A stretch of 26,977 nucleotides of DNA from Ginkgo biloba. Its lineage: Eukaryota; Plantae; Ginkgophyta. The notes below the pieces were generated by a model. It searched no databases. It saw only the letters and a list, made by a program, of their open reading frames with translations, and was not told where the DNA came from. Positions within the stretch are counted from its first letter, which is position 1. Every line of letters begins with the position of its first letter. The stretch lies in contig JANKJI020000002.1 of assembly GCA_024626585.2 (NCBI GenBank), positions 216,234,849-216,261,825 on the forward strand, written 5' to 3'. This document shows positions 12,180 through 23,410 of this stretch, piece after piece. The translations under genes and the position numbers were made by a program.

Positions 12180-12445
12180 GGTCACGTTTTCGAATGCTTC
12201 ACGTTTCAACCACAGAATTCCAAGTAGTAAAGAGGTTTTTTCTATGCGGTATAGAAGAACCTACCAGTCAGCAAAATATTATATTACGTTAAATAAGCAT
12301 TTGGCAAACATATTTGTTAGCAATGTAGATAATTAACTTTCTCGACTGTATTGCCACGTACACGGAGAGGCATCGATGGATGTGAGACATGGCAACGACG
12401 AAGGGTTTCATGCTACAATTTTTACTTTTAGTGATATATTTGCGC
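12180..12445 (+). promoter_or_regulatory. Putative SNX2 proximal promoter with ACGT-core elements including an ABRE/G-box-like site
   Basis: CACGTT at ~12183 and ~12200, TACGTT at ~12286, GCCACGTA at 12353-12360 (reverse = TACGTGGC), TATA-like GATATATTT at ~12433. CpG content recovers here relative to the upstream TE debris. Confidence 0.4.
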
Positions 12446-12459
12446 CTGTAGCCACGATA

Positions 12460-13452
12460 TCTGTGCCGAGCCCACTTCCGTAATCTATCTCTGTGTCAGA
12501 TTCCCTGCAGAACGAGCTTCGATTTGTCCAGATTGCCCCCAATGCGACGAGATTCGATCCAGAATTGGACAGGTTTAGTGTTTCTGATCCGGCTGATGCA
12601 AGGTTCGGATCACGGCATAAGGCCATCGGTAAGGCTAAAAATCTAAGGTTATTGAGCTCGATTTCTGTTTAAAGTTGTAGATTTGCATTTTGTGCATCGA
12701 ATTGCCGAAAGTTGAGGGCAATGCATTTTTACCATTTTTTGCATCGAAATGTGAAAGTTGATGTTTCGCCGCTGAAGGAAATGGAGGTCTTAGGGTTTTA
12801 GCATCAAAATTGTAAAAGAATGGAGTATTTGTCGGGGGCGATTCTGATGAGGGCTTGATTTGTTTTTGGTTTTCAGTGCTGATCCTCGAGGAAGAAACGG
12901 AAGCTGGTTGTTTGATTCTAAATCGAATCTTGAGTTTTAGTTTCGCATTGTTGATGCCGTAATCTGAGCATTTTTGTATCTCTTTTGTGAAAAAATGGAA
13001 TTCAAGGGTTGCTTTTTGGGTCTTTACGTTGAAAACTGTTAAAGAGCGGAGTGCTTGTTGGTGGAACTAATGCCGATTACTAGATTTATTTTCATGGAGG
13101 GGATTTTGATACTGGATTCTCACGGAAGAGACAGTCTGATTCTCTCGTTGGAAATGTTATGAGATTTTTGTTGGATTGTTACTGCGGATGGAGCCTATAT
13201 AATCCATTGAATCAACGGTACTGTAATTGGCTGCTTTCTCAGACCGTCTACTGAAGAATCATCAGATAATAGGAATTGGATNNNNNNNNNNNNNNNNNNN
13301 NNNNNNNNNNNNNNCTTCGGATTTGCATTGATACCTAGTTTTGCATTTTAGAGCTCAAGTGATTCAAAAATTGCCAACTGCGATTGCCGTTTGCATTGTA
13401 CATCGTTGCACATACATAACCTGTTGCATTGTAAGTCATCTAAAGCAGCAGT
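12460..13452 (+). other. Putative SNX2 5'UTR exon and 5'UTR intron
   Basis: CpG-rich segment ending in candidate donors (AG|GTTTAG 12573, AG|GTTCGG 12603, CG|GTAAGG 12629), then T-rich intron-like sequence. Candidate acceptors at TTTTCAG 12876 and AAGCAGCAG 13443-13451, one base before the ATG. Confidence 0.45.
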
Positions 13453-14493
13453 ATGATGGGCTCTGAGAACGATGAAGCACAGCAAGCTCGCCTTTTCACG
13501 TCCACAGATGCAATGGAAAGTCTTGTTTTAGACCAATCCCCACAGACATATTTGTCTAGTAGTGATTACAGGAGTGTAATGTCTTATTCTGAGACTCATC
13601 CATTGTCTCCGTCAGAAGACCCCTTGCAATCTTCCTTTAAAGAATCGCATGGGAAGAGTTTCAGAGATTCGCCCCGGAGAAGTTTTCAGGATGATTCCTT
13701 TGTGGAACCTCCTTCCTATGCAGATGTTGTGTTTACTCCTTTTGGGGAAGAGCCCGTTGTTGGAAATGGTAGTGGTACAAGAGAGGCAGGCAACTCTTTT
13801 TCATCTCGCTCTTCCTCTTCAAGTTCAGAGTATTTGACTGTGATGGTCTCACAGCCTCAGAAGGAGCAAGAAAATGGATCCTCTCTTGTTCCTGGGGGGA
13901 ACACATATGTAACTTATCTCATTGTTACCCATACCAATATGCCTGAGTTCGGTGGTGAAGAATTTAGTGTAAGACGGAGGTTCCGTGATGTAGTAACTTT
14001 GGCTGATAGGCTTGGTGAATCCTATCGTGGGTTCTTCATCCCTTCCCGTCCTGACAAAAGTGTTGTAGAAAGCCAGGTCATGCACAAGCAGGAGTTCATT
14101 GAGCAGCGAAGAATGGGTTTGGAAAAATACCTTTGCAGATTGGCTGCTCATCCGATAATCAAGAAGAGTGATGAATTGAGGTTGTTTCTTCAGGTTCAAG
14201 GAAAGCTTCCGTTATCCACAACCACGGACATGGCTTCAAGAATGCTTGATGGTGCTGTGAGACTACCCCGGCAACTGTTTGGGGAAAGCAACATTGCAAC
14301 TACGGCCCAAGATGTTACTCAACCAGCAAAAGGTGGCAGGGATTTGGTTAGACTGTTCAAAGAGCTCAAGCAGTCTGTAACAAATGATTGGGGGGCAGCA
14401 AAGCCTCCTGTTGTCGAGGAAGACAAGGAATTTTTGGAAAAGAAAGTAATGCTGCAGGACCTTGAACACCAGCTAAGTGATGCCTCTCAGCAG
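13453..14493 (+). CDS. SNX2: Sorting nexin 2 (SNX2A/SNX2B-like), coding exon 1: N-terminal region, PX domain, start of BAR/Vps5 domain
   Basis: MMGSEN start, EPPSYADVVF motif, PX domain (VRRRFRDVVTLADRL..YRGFFIPSRPDKSVVESQV..EQRR..LEKYL), SRMLDGA..LPRQLFG and GGRDLVRLFKELKQSV, all recognisable from plant SNX2. 1041 nt (347 codons), phase-0 donor CAG|GTATAT. Confidence 0.97.
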
Positions 14494-14699
14494 GTATATG
14501 AAGAAGATTTTATCAGTCTGTTTGCCTTTTCTATTTCTGAGGTGGCTCCTACAGACCCTATTTTTACTTTCCAACTTTGATCCAACCAGGAAGCTCTCAT
14601 GATCCTTGTGATGTCATTTCATTATTGTTGTTGTTTGCTTGTTTGTTTTTACAACTTCGGTAACCAAATCATTTCCTGTATTGTAATAATATTAGAGGC

Positions 14700-14822
14700 T
14701 TTTAGTGGCTTGAAGCCAGTTGCGAGTACTCATACTGCATTCCCAATTTTTCACGTTTTCAGTGGCTTCAAATGAATCATGAGTAGTTTGACGGCGTTAC
14801 CAATTTTTCGTGTTTTCAGTGG
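14700..14822. repeat. ~57-bp degenerate tandem repeat (2+ copies) in SNX2 intron
   Basis: TTTT(C)AGTGG recurs at 14700, 14756 and 14813; CCAATTTTTC closes the first two units. Confidence 0.75.
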
Positions 14823-16357
14823 TGTTGAGTGGGATGCAACTATGGTAACCATTGGGTTGTTTTGTTAATCTTTCAATCCCTTCCATCAGGGAACTCAAAC
14901 ACCTGTGCCCCTTTCTGGTTTGCCGCCTTAACTGGCTTTTTTGTGTTGGATGGAGATTAGAGGTTTAGGGACTCTTGTATTTTGGTATGGAGAAATGATG
15001 CTGCATTTCAGGAACATCTGCAGAGCTTGTACAGGATGTCTTTTCTTCCTGTTGAATACATTGGGCCCCGGGGCTAGGAAAACAAAAGATTGCAGATTTT
15101 CTTACCATGCCAAGTTGTGTGCAGTGCTTGATGCCATGAAAGCAGGCTGCTTCAGATTCTTTCATCTTTTGTCATTTGACTTCAAATGTCTTAGCTTATT
15201 ATTTACAGGTTGGGATAAAGATTTAAAAGTTTTTCAAAACTGAACTGAGGACTCTGTTCCTTTGAGTTTGTGTGGTTTAACATCCAATTGATTCCTGTTC
15301 TGTTTTGCTTTTGGTCTTGCAAATGTTTCTTCAAAAAACTGTGTCTGAGTGCAAAATCTGAACCATTGTAAAAGGCTTCTATTATTGTTTCATATCTTCT
15401 TTCAAAGCTCTCTTGTGTCGATCTTACTGGAAATTATGCAGTCAATCTGATTTTCAAAATTTCTATAAGCTAATATCAAAACAGCAGCACGTGTGCACCT
15501 AAGCTGACTGTTGAACCCCCAAACCCCCCTCTTTATCATTTCTGTTTAATAATTTAATTTGGTTGCTTCCTCTGTGATTACAAGTTTTCTTATATTCCTA
15601 ATTTGGGTTGTGAGGATATTGTTTATTAGAGCCCCCTCTCTAATCAACTTCATGACACTCTGCATTTTGTGTAGTTCTCTTTGTTCCCGTTTCCCTGCTC
15701 TATCTTGTTCTTTCTGTAATGCATTTTGAACCTAAAATTCTGGCTTCTTTCTCTTTAGATTCTTTGGGATAAACAATTGCAAGTCATGTTCATGCTTTTG
15801 GGGATTCTACTTAGATTTGTGTTGATAAGGACACCCACCATAGAACACCAAAAGGAAATGTCGAAATGGGTTCTTATCTTACACACGTAAACTTACGAGT
15901 GGTAGTTCTGTGATTATGGAACACCAGGTCTTCTATAGTTCTTCTGTTTATGCTTGGGGCCTGACTACAATTTTACAAAATGAATCTAGAGGGAAATATG
16001 TAGTGCCTACTTGCAGTGAGTTTGGAAAAACTAATAAACTAGTTGTTACTTGAGGATATGCATAAAATGTTAAAAAATTAATATACTAGGATAGTGGCTG
16101 TTGTAATTTTCTTAATGTCCTTGATAAGTAGCATCATGGAAGTTAAATAGTCTTTTGTGTAGATAACAATGGTACATACAAGGCCACGAATGCTCTGTTC
16201 TAGCACCATGTAACTGTACGTCTTCATGATTTTAGAATTGCATAGGCTGCATTTGATACTTATGTGGCATTTTTTGAGAGAGTTGCAGATTATGCTGCTC
16301 NNNNNNNNNNNNNNNNNNNNNNNNCCAATTAAATCTGATTTAGGGCTGTATATGCAG

Positions 16358-16567
16358 GCAGAGGTACTCGTTAAAGCTCAACAAGAGCTTGGAGAAACAA
16401 TGGGGGAACTTGGTTTAGCATTTATCAAACTTGCAAAGTTTGAGACAGAGGAGGCTGCTTTTAATGCTCAGAGAGTTCGTGCAGCAGATTCCAAACGTGT
16501 GGCCACTGCTGCTGTGAAAGCGAGTAGATTTTATCGAGAGGCAAATGCACAGTCAGTCAAACATTTG
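16358..16567 (+). CDS. SNX2: SNX2 coding exon 2 (BAR/Vps5 domain)
   Basis: TGCAG| acceptor; AEVLVKAQQELGETMGELGLAFIKLAKFE...NAQSVKHL, 210 nt, phase 0; TTG|GTATTT donor. Confidence 0.96.
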
Positions 16568-16747
16568 GTATTTGCTTCTATCATTACTGTGTTGATACTG
16601 ATGTGAATTAACCAACATGAAAGGGGGGAAATGGATACTCTCTAACCTCTTGATGAAAGTTTATTTCGCCTTTTGAATTATCTCATGCCTGAGCTTCATT
16701 GCTGATGTAACATTATTATTAATGTGTCATTTGCACCAACATTCCAG

Positions 16748-17008
16748 GACAAGCTGCATGAGTACCTTGGTTTGATGCAAGCTGTACACACAGCATTCTC
16801 AGACCGATCGAATGCTTTATTGACAGTGCAAACCCTCTTATCCGATCTCTCATCTATGAACTCCCGTATTGAAAAGCTTGCAGTTGCATCCTCAAAAATA
16901 TTTGGAGGTGACAAGACCAGGATTCGTAAAGTAGAGGAATTAAAGGATACAATAAAAATTACAGAGGAGGCACGAGATTGTGCTATGAAAGAATATGAAC
17001 GTATAAAG
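16748..17008 (+). CDS. SNX2: SNX2 coding exon 3 (BAR/Vps5 domain)
   Basis: TTCCAG| acceptor; DKLHEYLGLM...SSKIFGGDKTRIRKVEELK...EYERIK, 261 nt, phase 0; AAG|GTATTT donor. Confidence 0.96.
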
Positions 17009-17019
17009 GTATTTTTTTT

Positions 17020-17593
17020 CATTCTTTAATTTCTTTAATAATTCTTCCACTGGTATGTTTGACTCAACCAAAATAATTCTCTTTGACTAACCACCTAACA
17101 ATAAAGGATGTGATACATACTCACGCCTCTCTATTTTAAAGTGAGTAAAATAAAAACACCATTATTGCATCCAACCCAACGTGAATGGTTGCCAAAAAAT
17201 TAACACACACCTTGAACACATTTCATATTAAAGAAATTTTCACCTTCTTCCCTCTCACATAATAAAGATATAATAATCTCTCGAGCATTACTAAGAACGT
17301 GTACATTAGACTGAATATAATCCCTAAAATATTTAAATGTATAAAAATATAAAACAAACTTCACATGATAACAACAACAAAAAGTGTCTTGATTAGTGTT
17401 TGGCCTAATATACCATGGTTTTAATTTCTCAAAACTTCGATGTGAAATTTTCACATCAAGATAAGCCTCCTAAAACCTGTGAAACAATGTAGTTTGTGTC
17501 ATATCTACGAAATATTTTTGATGTTCTTCATGGTTTCCTCTTGTAATTCTTCATGTCAAAACATACCTCCTATTGGACGAAACACATGAATTG
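17020..17593 (-). mobile_element. Decayed DNA-transposon transposase fragment (tentatively Sola2-like), antisense in SNX2 intron
   Basis: One minus-strand frame with isolated stops: NSCVSSNRRYVLT*RITRGNHEEHQKYFVDMTQTTLFHRF*EAYLDVKISHRSFEKLKPWYIRP..DTFCCCYHVKF..LLCEREEG..MKCVQGVC, then after a frameshift RREYVSH..SKRIILVESNIPVEE. The F-x2-L(K/R)P...CxCxxH plus CxxxxC pattern recalls Sola2-type transposases from memory only. Confidence 0.65.
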
Positions 17594-19430
17594 NNNNNNN
17601 NNNNNNNNNNNNNNNNNNNNNNNNNNNNNNNNNNNNNNNNNNNNNNNNNNNNNNNNNNNNNNNNNNNNNNNNNNNNNNNNNNNNNNNNNNNNNNNNNNNN
17701 NNNNNNNNNNNNNNNNNNNNNNNNNNNNNNNNNNNNNNNNNNNNNNNNNNNNNNNNNNNNNNNNNNNNNNNNNNNNNNNNNNNNNNNNNNNNNNNNNNNN
17801 NNNNNNNNNNNNNNNNNNNNNNNNNNNNNNNNNNNNNNNNNNNNNNNNNNNNNNNNNNNNNNNNNNNNNNNNNNNNNNNNNNNNNNNNNNNNNNNNNNNN
17901 NNNNNNNNNNNNNNNNNNNNNNNNNNNNNNNNNNNNNNNNNNNNNNNNNNNNNNNNNNNNNNNNNNNNNNNNNNNNNNNNNNNNNNNNNNNNNNNNNNNN
18001 NNNNNNNNNNNNNNNNNNNNNNNNNNNNNNNNNNNNNNNNNNNNNNNNNNNNNNNNNNNNNNNNNNNNNNNNNNNNNNNNNNNNNNNNNNNNNNNNNNNN
18101 NNNNNNNNNNNNNNNNNNNNNNNNNNNNNNNNNNNNNNNNNNNNNNNNNNNNNNNNNNNNNNNNNNNNNNNNNNNNNNNNNNNNNNNNNNNNNNNNNNNN
18201 NNNNNNNNNNNNNNNNNNNNNNNNNNNNNNNNNNNNNNNNNNNNNNNNNNNNNNNNNNNNNNNNNNNNNNNNNNNNNNNNNNNNNAAATCAATGCACCCA
18301 ATACTGACAGGAGAGATAGATGAGAAGACATGGAGCAGTCCTTAGAGGGGACCAGGCTCAACGATTCTAAGGTAAATCACCCCCAGGAGCCAAAATTCTC
18401 AGCCACAAAATTCCCGAGTGAATCCACAGATTTGCATGGTTCCATTTTTACTCCTCCTCTGTCCTGCTGGCGCTGAGCTATCAAAGCTGCTTTCTGATTT
18501 TTGTTTTATTCTTCCTTTTCCCAGAGATGCACAACTCAGTGCTTTATTCTTTAACTACTCTTTTGGTGACATTTTTCCTTATTTCTCCCTACTCTACGTT
18601 CCAAATATTTGCGCCACATCATCCTAAACAAAAGCAGCCTAACAGGCTGTTATTCTTATTTGAAATTGAATTCAAATTTTCTTCCCTATGCCTAACCTAC
18701 AAGCTAGACTGTTAGGTCTCAAGGGCTCATAACAGATTCTATTCACTTCTGCAATTTGCCCTGTGTATTTTCCTCTAGACAAGCACACCTCTCCTTGACC
18801 AGGAATGTGGTGAATTACTGTACTAAGATGTGGTTGACTTCTGCATGCTGTATTTTTCTTCTTCTATCTCCAATGTTTGATAGTGAAAAGTCGTCATTCT
18901 TTTTGTATTCTTGCCATATCTGGCTTTCAGTCACTCTAGCATTTACTGCATAAACATTATTGAACTCTTTAGATTATGCATGTAATTCTGTAAATTTCTT
19001 CCTGTAGTGAATGGCTTTCTTTGACAAAAGCTTCAGTTTTGAAAAAGTTAGGGGAGTTGTGAGAAAGTTCTAGGTGGATTTAAAATTTTGAAATTTGCTT
19101 GTTTGATTGGTCCTTGTCTATTTTTCTGTCAAGCAGTTTGTCTTAGTTCTTACCTTATATTGACAACCACTTGCTGCTCATGTTTACTGTTAGTTGATAA
19201 TGAGGTGATCTCGGAGTATTCTTTAATGACAATTAAGAAGCCTTATGAGGTTTTATTGCATAATATATATATATATTTTTCTTTCATTGCTGATAATGGA
19301 GAAGAAAAAAATCATGTGTTATTTAGAGTAGAGAATTTTCACTCTTGTTACTTACTTTGGAAGAGAAACAGTTGAGTTAGTTGGACTGAATNNNNNNNNN
19401 NNNNNNNNNNNNNNNNNNNNNNNNNNNNNA

Positions 19431-19505
19431 AACGAACTTGAAAGGTTTGAAACAGAAAGGAGGAGTGACTTCTTTAACATGTTGAAAGGATTTGTTCATA
19501 ATCAG
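19431..19505 (+). CDS. SNX2: SNX2 coding exon 4 (partial; acceptor and first few codons hidden in N-gap 19392-19429)
   Basis: NELERFETERRSDFFNMLKGFVHNQ matches the SNX2 C-terminal helix that follows EYERIK (cf. Arabidopsis EVERLDRERRADFLNMMKGFVANQ, recalled); strong donor CAG|GTAGGT. Confidence 0.93.
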
Positions 19506-19877
19506 GTAGGTCAGCTCTATAGTGCTTCTCTGCAATAGATATGTTTTATTGCATTGCTCCATGGTTCATTTATGATATGTGTGTTTTCCATGGTTAGAAT
19601 TTCTTCCTTATTGTTGTTGAAATGATGATTCTGTTAATAAAAATATGGGGCACATGTTAATAAGTTGTGCATAGGTAGCTTTAGTACCAATGACTTATCA
19701 GTAAGCCAACACTTATGGTAGGTCAATGCTAAATTAGATTGTCTGTTACTTGTGTTAAGAAAATATACACTTGATCATTAAGTATAGGGCCAGTTGTAAC
19801 AGAGAAGGGGTCAAACTCGTGAAAGCCAACAGAAAACTATCAAATAAGANNNNNNNNNNNNNNNNNNNNNNNNNNNN

Positions 19878-20085
19878 GCACACATTCTGTACTGGTGAGA
19901 GTCAAAGTAAAGATCCTATCTACACAAATTCTAGGTGATCACTTTGCTCGAGTGTCTGTTGATGAACACATGCTACTAAAATGTGGTTGTGCTAGAATAT
20001 GCGTGTATATGGTAGATGGTACCATGTCCGGAGTGCACTTTAATTACTGGATCATATTGCTTCGGAACAGTTAGTAGAATGTGTT
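19878..20085 (+). mobile_element. Decayed L1-LINE ORF1-like fragment (copy A)
   Basis: QILGDHFARVSVDEHMLLKCGCARICVYM contains the plant L1 ORF1 (DUF4283-adjacent) ARICV motif at 19991; alignable by eye to 21560-21790. Confidence 0.5.
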
Positions 20086-21559
20086 TTAAAGTTCAGCATG
20101 TTCTTCTGTTTAGTTTATTTGTTTTATGCCAATTTAAGAGAAAAACCAAAAGTCTCCAATCAATGGAGAAGGAATATAAGTGACATTAAAATTTGGTAAT
20201 GATGGTTATAAAAATGATTAAGAAATGATTGACAAATTTCAGGCAGAAATGACCAGTGAATCTGAGGTAGAAATGAGCAGCAAATTTCTTGCAAAAATCA
20301 CGGTTTCAATTTTTTTTGAATCCAGAAAATATTCATGGTTGTAAAGAATGTTTGAAGGATCAACAAATAATTGTCATAAGAAGATTAAGATGGAAAATGC
20401 ACATATTCTTGTATGATCTTCACCTTTAAAGTAAATATGATTTCTTAGGTAGACAAAGCATTCTATTCTGCCAAGCAAAAGATAAATGGGCTATTCTTGC
20501 ATACTTAAAGNNNNNNNNNNNNNNNNNNNNNNNNNNNNNNNNNNNNNNNNNNNNNNNNNNNNNNNNNNNNNNNNNNNNNNNNNNNNNNNNNNNNNNNNNN
20601 NNNNNNNNNNNNNNNNNNNNNNNNNNNNNNNNNNNNNNNNNNNNNNNNNNNNNNNNNNNNNNNNNNNNNNNNNNNNNNNNNNNNNNNNNNNNNNNNNNNN
20701 NNNNNNNNNNNNNNNNNNNNNNNNNNNNNNNNNNNNNNNNNNNNNNNNNNNNNNNNNNNNNNNNNNNNNNNNNNNNNNNNNNNNNNNNNNNNNNNNNNNN
20801 NNNNNNNNNNNNNNNNNNNNNNNNNNNNNNNNNNNNNNNNNNNNNNNNNNNNNNNNNNNNNNNNNNNNNNNNNNNNNNNNNNNNNNNNNNNNNNNNNNNN
20901 NNNNNNNNNNNNNNNNNNNNNNNNNNNNNNNNNNNNNNNNNNNNNNNNNNNNNNNNNNNNNNNNNNNNNNNNNNNNNNNNNNNNNNNNNNNNNNNNNNNN
21001 NNNNNNNNNNNNNNNNNNNNNNNNNNNNNNNNNNNNNNNNNNNNNNNNNNNNNNNNNNNNNNNNNNNNNNNNNNNNNNNNNNNNNNNNNNNNNNNNNNNN
21101 NNNNNNNNNNNNNNNNNNNNNNNNNNNNNNNNNNNNNNNNNNNNNNNNNNNNNNNNNNNNNNNNNNAAGGAGAATGAAAAGAAATTGTTGTCGCAGTTAC
21201 AATTGCTTGGGGTGATGACTCTTTTTTAAATGATGGGTATTGTAATAACAATTTTGGCTGTATATGTGAATAATGTTTTTGTTTTGTTGTCTACTAGTAA
21301 TTGGGTTATTGAGAAGAATTAGTGAAAATGTTTATAGGTTACCGCCAGTGCTACTTGTCACATAGTGCCTACTAATCGTCTATATCATTAGTTTGCAGCA
21401 GAGGATTGCATCAATCAAGGAAAGAACTAAAAGATTTGAAATCTTTATCAACTACTTCCAAGTAAACCATCAAAAGGACACTGTACTATGAAGGCTTGGT
21501 AGCAAAGCCTGTTGGGGGATTTCACAGAAAGCCACATGGATGTAAAGGCAATATGAGTT

Positions 21560-21950
21560 AATAACACGAGTACTGTAAGAGGTAAAATGCAGTAGGACAA
21601 AGTCTTGGGAGCATGGAATCTGTCTGTTATTGACAAGAAGCAGCTAACATGAGTCAAGGAACTAATGTCATGGGGGTTCCATAGTATAGGTATGTGGTTG
21701 TGGCTAGGATATCTGTGTACATGTTGCATGAAAGTATGTATAGAATGTACTGAATCTGCAGGAATACATTATTGGGCCAGTCGGTGGAAGAATGCACTGG
21801 TTCAACAACACTGCCAATCTTGCCTTTAAGGCAACGCTTGATGTTACAAGTGCATATAGTTCGCATCAAGAGCAAAAAAGGCACTAAAGCAAACATAATG
21901 TCTTGTGACAAAGGCGTATCTGGTAACTAGAATGGTTGCTTGGCTACTGC
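21560..21950 (+). mobile_element. Decayed L1-LINE ORF1-like fragment (copy B) including zinc-knuckle remnant
   Basis: VVVARISVYM, then W.QSVEE and HCQSCL..LMLQ/KC (frameshifted CX2CX4HX4C-like). TGTGGTTGT(G)GCTAG(A/G)ATAT..GTGTA(T/C)ATG is shared with copy A. Confidence 0.5.
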
Positions 21951-22230
21951 TTTCTCTTTCATGCATGGGAAAATAATTAAAGACAAGATAGGGAAATAAG
22001 ATGCCATCAAGCGAGATGAATAAACATTTTATCCATTACAATTCTGCAGATGTTTCAGAATTGTTTTGCATTGGTTTTCTCAATAATATGATCTGGTCAA
22101 AATATGGAATACTTTAACAAGTATGCTAGACCTGAAGTAGGGTGATTCTGCATCTTTTCAAAAATGTGCAGGATACCCAAAAGCTGTAAAATCATACATA
22201 TGTTCATCAAATTGAAGAACCAACATATAT

Positions 22231-22827
22231 TGTTGTGTCCCTAAGACACAACTAGGCCTACAGTAGAGATAGCTTAAGGAGCACTTAAGTTAAGCACACC
22301 GGACCCTCAATATAGCTTAGTTTGGCACTTTGGAAGAGCTATNNNNNNNNNNNNNNNNNNNNNNNNNNNNNNNNNNNNNNNNNNNNNNNNNNNNNNNNNN
22401 NNNNNNNNNNNNNNNNNNNNNNNNNNNNNNNNNNNNNNNNNNNNNNNNNNNNNNNNNNNNNNNNNNNNNNNNNNNNNNNNNNNNNNNNNNNNNNNNNNNN
22501 NNNNNNNNNNNNNNNNNNNNNNNNNNNNNNNNNNNNNNNNNNNNNNNNNNNNNNNNNNNNNNNNNNNNNNCTCCCACCCCACTTCTTTCTCTAGGTAGCA
22601 GGTGCTCCTAGAACCTCTAGCAACACAACTTCTTTACTCTTTTTCAAAACATCTTCTTCATCATTTTGACTTCTTATCTTACTATTACCATTGTGATTGA
22701 TCGTGATCTTATCTTTTGAGATTATTGTTATTTCTGTGTATCTTGTGGAGTTCTTTGTAAGCAATTTTATGTTCAGTGGTTGTTATATTATCTGAATTAT
22801 TTAGTAAGTCCCATTTTGGGCCTTGCA
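22231..22827 (+). repeat. 5' LTR of the Ty3/gypsy element
   Basis: Starts TGTTGTGTCCC and ends GGGCCTTGCA (TG...CA, imperfect inverted termini) 2 nt before the PBS. Interior partly in a gap. The start is less certain than the end. Confidence 0.75.
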
Positions 22828-22829
22828 AG

Positions 22830-22841
22830 TGGTATCAGAGC
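22830..22841 (+). other. Primer-binding site, tRNA-iMet
   Basis: Exact TGGTATCAGAGC two bases after the CA LTR end. Confidence 0.93.
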
Positions 22842-23410
22842 TTTCCAAGGCCGATGGAGCTCAAATTTTCTTATACTTCACTATAATAGACTGAAATTTA
22901 AGATCGTAGAATTTTTTTTAGGAAAATATGAAACAAATAGTTGAGATTATCCTTGTTTTAGTTGCCACTAGTAGAAAAAGTAAATTTGGCTCCAAAATTT
23001 GCGCTATCTTCTGGGAGTAATTATGGCATCGTACAATGGCCAAATTTGACACTGCTTATATGAATTTGGGGGAGGAGAAATTGAACTTTTTTGAATCTGC
23101 AAAAAATTTGCAGAAATCCATAGTTTTGTGCCTCAAATACTGCAATTGTAGTCATTACCTCAAAATAACTTCAAAACACTAGCTGGACTTAGTGTTGAGT
23201 TTTCCGAATGCATTTGGAACCCAAATCGACTCAATATTTTTTTAAAAGTGCGTGGCTTGTTGTGTACCTTTAGATTTGGACTCAAAATGAAACATTTTTT
23301 TTAATTTTTAAATTGCATAGTTCAATTTGATCTGTTTGAATATGCGAAAATTTTCAGGAAATTCTGCCGTCTTCAGTGCCAAATTTGATAGGCTTCAAGC
23401 ACACCTCTTG

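Noticed and set aside
13649-14469. Alternate-frame and antisense ORFs within SNX2 exon 1
   Set aside because: Shadow ORFs of a conserved coding exon.
14494-14580. C-terminal 28 aa of the 375-aa ORF
   Set aside because: Intron read-through past the CAG|GT donor; SNX2 homology resumes at 16358.
14941-15243. 100-aa intronic ORF or extra exon
   Set aside because: Exons 1 and 2 already join contiguously (SQQ|AEV); no motif, TTG start.
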